In this document: piece after piece, positions 60,221 through 64,000 of the stretch | Layout of the letters: each line of letters opens with the position of its first letter | Numbering within the stretch: position 1 is the stretch's first letter | Assembly (NCBI RefSeq): GCF_036321535.1 | Contig: NC_087438.1 | Span: 436,001-500,000, forward strand | Direction of reading: 5' to 3' | From: Camelus dromedarius | Taxonomy: Eukaryota | DNA length: 64,000 nt | The notes under the pieces: model-generated | Databases searched by the model: none | Seen by the model: only the letters and a program-made list of their open reading frames with translations | Told to the model about the DNA's origin: nothing | Program-made: the position numbers and the translations under genes

Positions 60221-60818
60221 CTGGGAGAGGGGAGGCACACGTGAGGACACAGGTTGCACCCACAGACGCCTCCGCGCACAACCAGCCACAGGCACATCCC
60301 CAGGGCTGCCCTTGCCGAGGGGACACGCGGGGACTCGGGGCCGGAGGGCGGTGTCCTGGGCACAGAAGAGGGAGCAACATCGCTGCCTGACCCACTAGAT
60401 GCCAGGAGCACCCCAGGGTGACAATCAAAGTGTCCCCAGACATGGCCAAACATCCCTGGGAAGAAGTGCTGTGCAGGCGAGCATGCCAACACAAGACAGA
60501 GCCCGGCACCAGCACCCACGCAGCCAAGGCGCCCATGCTGTCCACCCACTCTGGGGAGAGCCTCACGCTCCGGTCTCTCTCTGCTGCCGGCAGCGTCACA
60601 AGCCTCCAAGGGGATGAAATGTGATGGTTCGTCGAGGAAATGAAATTTCCACCACCGTCTCGGAGGGCGGCCTCTATGCGCCAGGAGGAAACCCACCCAC
60701 CCGAAGGGCTGGGGAGACGGCTTCTCGTCCCGAGACTTCTGATGACCTACTTCTGCGGTCAGTTTCCCAGCCAGGACATGGGGGCAACCCCGGTGGGCAG
60801 GCCGTGGCGCACACTCAC

Positions 60819-60914
60819 CTCTGCTCCTCCGCTCCTCCCGGAAGCCCAGGGTGGTGATGCCTGGGACCAGCTTGCTGGACAGTGAGCTCAGGTCCACTGG
60901 GTGGGTCTCCTCCT
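60819..60914 (-). CDS. BRD9: BRD9 exon, 96 nt (EETHPVDLSSLSSKLVPGITTLGFREERRSR)
   Basis: GCTTGCAG acceptor, GAG|GTGAGT donor. Confidence 0.96.
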
Positions 60915-61563
60915 CTGCAAGCGGACAGGGCCGTGAGCACGTGGTCTCGGAGCCCCTGGCCCAGGGCAGTGCAGTGGGCAGGCGGGCAGCCTGGGGGCTC
61001 CCTGGGAAGCCCCTCTGAAGTCAGGCCTGCAGAAGCCGGCTGCCCCCTCAAACCCTAACCGCACTGCAGTTTGACTCTGCAGTCAGTCAGCCCACAGTCC
61101 CAGGACACAGCAGACCCCTGCGCCCCCCATGTGCAGTCATAGCAACAGAGAACCTCCACCTCGGACACCCGAGAGCACATTCCTGTGCTGTGGGTGCTGC
61201 TTGCATGGGCTGAGTGGGACCCCTCAGTCCCCCAGGGGACCATCCCACGTTCTCCAAGCGTAGACCACCCATCTGCTCTTCTATCGAGAACGTCAGGATC
61301 CGTTCCAGCTAAATGTCAAAGTGGTCAGCACGCACCCTCCACACCCATCGTGAACGCCGAGTACACCCACTCATCCGGATGGGGAACCCTCCCCCAACCC
61401 CGGGCATGGCCGCCCTGTCCGCTGACCACATCCGTGTCCTGCCAAGGGAGCGTGCAGGGGCGGGACACCAGACAGGCATGGGGCCAGGAAAGGGTCCCCC
61501 AGGCAGGCTACAGTCTCCAGGTCACGGGATGTGACGGGCAGGAGGATGTGCGTGGGCACCCAC

Positions 61564-61639
61564 CGTCAGCATCCGGCTCGGCTGTGTTGACAACGCTGTA
61601 CAGCAGGCTCCCGTCCCCGCTCTTCCTCAGGTAGCCCAT
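61564..61639 (-). CDS. BRD9: BRD9 exon, 76 nt (MGYLRKSGDGSLLYSVVNTAEPDAD)
   Basis: CTTCCTCGCAG acceptor, GTGGGT donor. Confidence 0.96.
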
Positions 61640-62418
61640 CTGCGAGGAAGCAGGCCTGAGTCCCGCCCCCGGGCAGCCCTAGGCTCCCGCGGCTGAGCAG
61701 AGGCCTGTGAGCGTGGCCTGACTCGGGTAAATCCCGAACGGCCACGGGGTCACTCATTTCCCACAAACAAGACCAAAAGACGCCCCTCACACCTTCCCTG
61801 GATTTTAACTGAAGACCCACTTGCACTCATGTGCGATCAAACTCCTCGTGACCCCTCTAAGAGGAGCTCCTGAGACCCCAGAAACAGCCCGGACAGAACA
61901 AGTTGGCACGAGACACTGGTCAAGAGGCCCAGACACCCCACCTCCACAGCACGTGGGGACTTACTTCCATTTAACCAGCCACCAAACAAGACCAGCCCCT
62001 CCTGCACAGGCTCCCGTCAGGAGGGCCCAGGAAGGGGAGGCACTGTGTGTGGGGTGTGGGGTGGCAGGTGTCCAAGTAGGAGCAGCGGCCTGGGAGGGGA
62101 ACCAGGTCCTGAGCAAGGTGTGCAGGGCATGGGGGTGGGGGGAGATTGGTCACTGTTGATCGAGTAAGTGCATTAAGGGTGACAGATGTCAGGTTTCTCA
62201 CTGCAGAATTACAAAACTGAAAGAAAAGCAGAGCAGATCTGAAGCAGGTGCTGGACAACGTGGAGGCTACTGTGCAAAACACAGTTGTGGGTGAATGTGA
62301 ACACGCATGTGCCTGCCCAGCGCCCAGGCCTCGGTATCTGGTGCCACCCTCCACCGAGGACCCAGGGCTCCGTGGAGAAACGCTGGTTCCAGGACTGAAG
62401 GGCAACAGGGGTGCAGAG

Positions 62419-62785
62419 CAGAGGGCCCAACAGAGAGAACTCTGACGCAAGCCACACGGGGGCCGCAAACTTTCTAGCAGGCACGTCAGAAATCAAAAGA
62501 AACAGGTGCGGCTAAACTTCATGTGTTTTATACAACCTGCCACATCCAAACTACCATTTTAAAATTTTTACGCACAACCCAGCGTGTACTTCACAGACTC
62601 AGCACGAAAAAATACTGTGAGGCCCAGTAAGGTCTCCTGTGGATTGCACGTGAAATAAGACTTTAGATCCATCAGGTCAAATAAAACACACTAGGGTTAA
62701 TTCCACCGCATCCTGGTTAACGTGACCTCGAGGAAGTCTGAAACTGTACATGCAGTGACTCACACTACTTCCGTTGTAGGGGCCA
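62419..62785. mobile_element. hAT-Charlie MITE relic (MER33/Charlie1-like)
   Basis: AAAAGAAACAGGTG near the left end and TTAATTCCACC...CGTGACCTCGAGGAAGTCTGAAACTGTACATG near the right end resemble the long inverted termini of this family. Confidence 0.5.
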
Positions 62786-63179
62786 ATCTAGGACGTCCTC
62801 GTGTCAGAGGGCAGGCGCTCAAGGAATGGTGGGGCCTCCTTTTGAGGACCAGCAGCCTCTGGACAGGCTCACGGCTGTCACACCATGGTCAGGCCCGTAA
62901 GTGACCGTGGTGGGGCAGAGACATGATACATAGGGAAAGGGGCTCAGCCTCTGCAGTGATGGGGTCAGCACCTCTGCCAGTAGGCACACCACACCCTTCC
63001 TGCCCTTGAGGTCCCCCCGTGCTGTCTGCATCCCAAGATGAGCCAGGGAGGACAAGGGCACCCCTGGAACACGGGTTCAGCTCCGACCGGATACTTGTCA
63101 AGACCTGACGGTCACCTCTAGAAGGTGACAGCTGTGCCACCGTCCTGGCAGAAAGCCCACGGCCATGCGGGGGTGCTAC

Positions 63180-63312
63180 CTTGCCCCCGGGGACGAGCCG
63201 GTTGATCCTGTCCCGGGCCTCGTCGGCCGCGTGCTCCACCAAGGCCAGCACGTGCTCCTCTGCGGTGCTGTCGGTCAGGCTGCAAGCATTTCCTTCCGGC
63301 TCAAACACGCAG
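63180..63312 (-). CDS. BRD9: BRD9 exon, 133 nt (CVFEPEGNACSLTDSTAEEHVLALVEHAADEARDRINRLVPGGK)
   Basis: TTCCTGCCTCACAG acceptor, AAG|GTAGCA donor. Confidence 0.96.
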
Positions 63313-64000
63313 CTGTGAGGCAGGAATACCACCCAAGTCGCCAGGAGGCGCACAGGCAGCTAACACCTCAGCCCCGGTCAGTCCCTAATGCCCACGCCAG
63401 GTCACACCAGAAGGCTGTTGGGGGCAGCGCCAAGCGCACTTTAAATTCCTTCCCGTAACCTCTACCCACAGCAAACGAACGCTTTCACTAAGCTGAGTCA
63501 GAGTCAGCGTTTCTGATGAGGCACCTGCCCGCTTCATCGCTTTAAGAGCAAGAGAAAAAATGTGACTCGTCGGGAGCTTCCTGCACTACAGCATCACTCC
63601 AGTCACTCCAGGGGCCACCAGCAAAAGTGACAACCACCCCACGCAGGGCTGAGGCCCTGAGGCGGTGGCAGTGGGCTGGGCCAGGGTGGGAGGAGGACCC
63701 GGGCGCTAGCCCTGAGGGAGGGCTGCAGGGGTGGGCGGAGTCCCTGCAAGGCGCCATGGGGCAAGGCCTCCGTGGGGACCTGGAGCCTGTGGCAGGGCCG
63801 CCTTCCTGCAGGTCCCGGCTTCACAGCAGCAGGAGCAGAGAGCTTGGGGCGGCGTGCCGAGAGAAGCAACCTCCCCACCATGATGCATGCTGGCTGCCAA
63901 TGCGGCACGACTGTGTCCCTGGGACACCCCGCGCAGGTCCTGCATGGAGGGCACTTCCTGGGAGCAGAGGGCCAACGAGTACTTGTTAAACAGCACGCAC

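Larger units (their letters stand above)
45775..63312 (-). other. BRD9: BRD9 gene, 3' part (nine coding exons; bromodomain-containing protein 9, ncBAF subunit); 5' part outside the window
   Basis: Nine GT-AG exons join in frame and translate to the BRD9 C-terminal half from CVFEPEGNACSLTD to PYEFLQSPEPAASTKN*. Confidence 0.97.

Noticed and set aside
59797..60897. 366-aa minus-strand ORF
   Set aside because: Only the first ~26 codons are BRD9 exon; the rest is GC-rich intron read-through, and the next exon is in another frame.

Overview
GC-rich mammalian genomic DNA, not prokaryotic. The tRNA-derived SINEs and L1 ends suggest a camelid (inference). The right part holds the last nine coding exons of BRD9 on the minus strand (63312 to stop at 45775, poly(A) signal 45126-45131); the 5' part of the gene, including the bromodomain, lies beyond the window. 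Downstream on the same strand is an apparently intact ZDHHC11 palmitoyltransferase (ATG 39295, DHHC motif 32411-32422, terminal exon from 6874). Its first coding intron is U12-type (GTATCCTT donor, TTTCCTTGAC branch site). Its C-terminal tail is built from repeated short/long exon pairs, and its last exon is open in two frames. A CpG island at the left edge is probably the TPPP promoter (synteny only). The rest is intronic or intergenic, with L1, SINE, MaLR LTR and DNA-transposon relics and microsatellites. I found no CRISPR array or wholly new biological system. The best leads are the ZDHHC11 exon-module expansion, its dual-frame last exon, candidate upstream exons, and several odd retroposition events. 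Exon boundaries were read by hand from splice sites and frame; repeat boundaries and family names are approximate and were not checked by database search.
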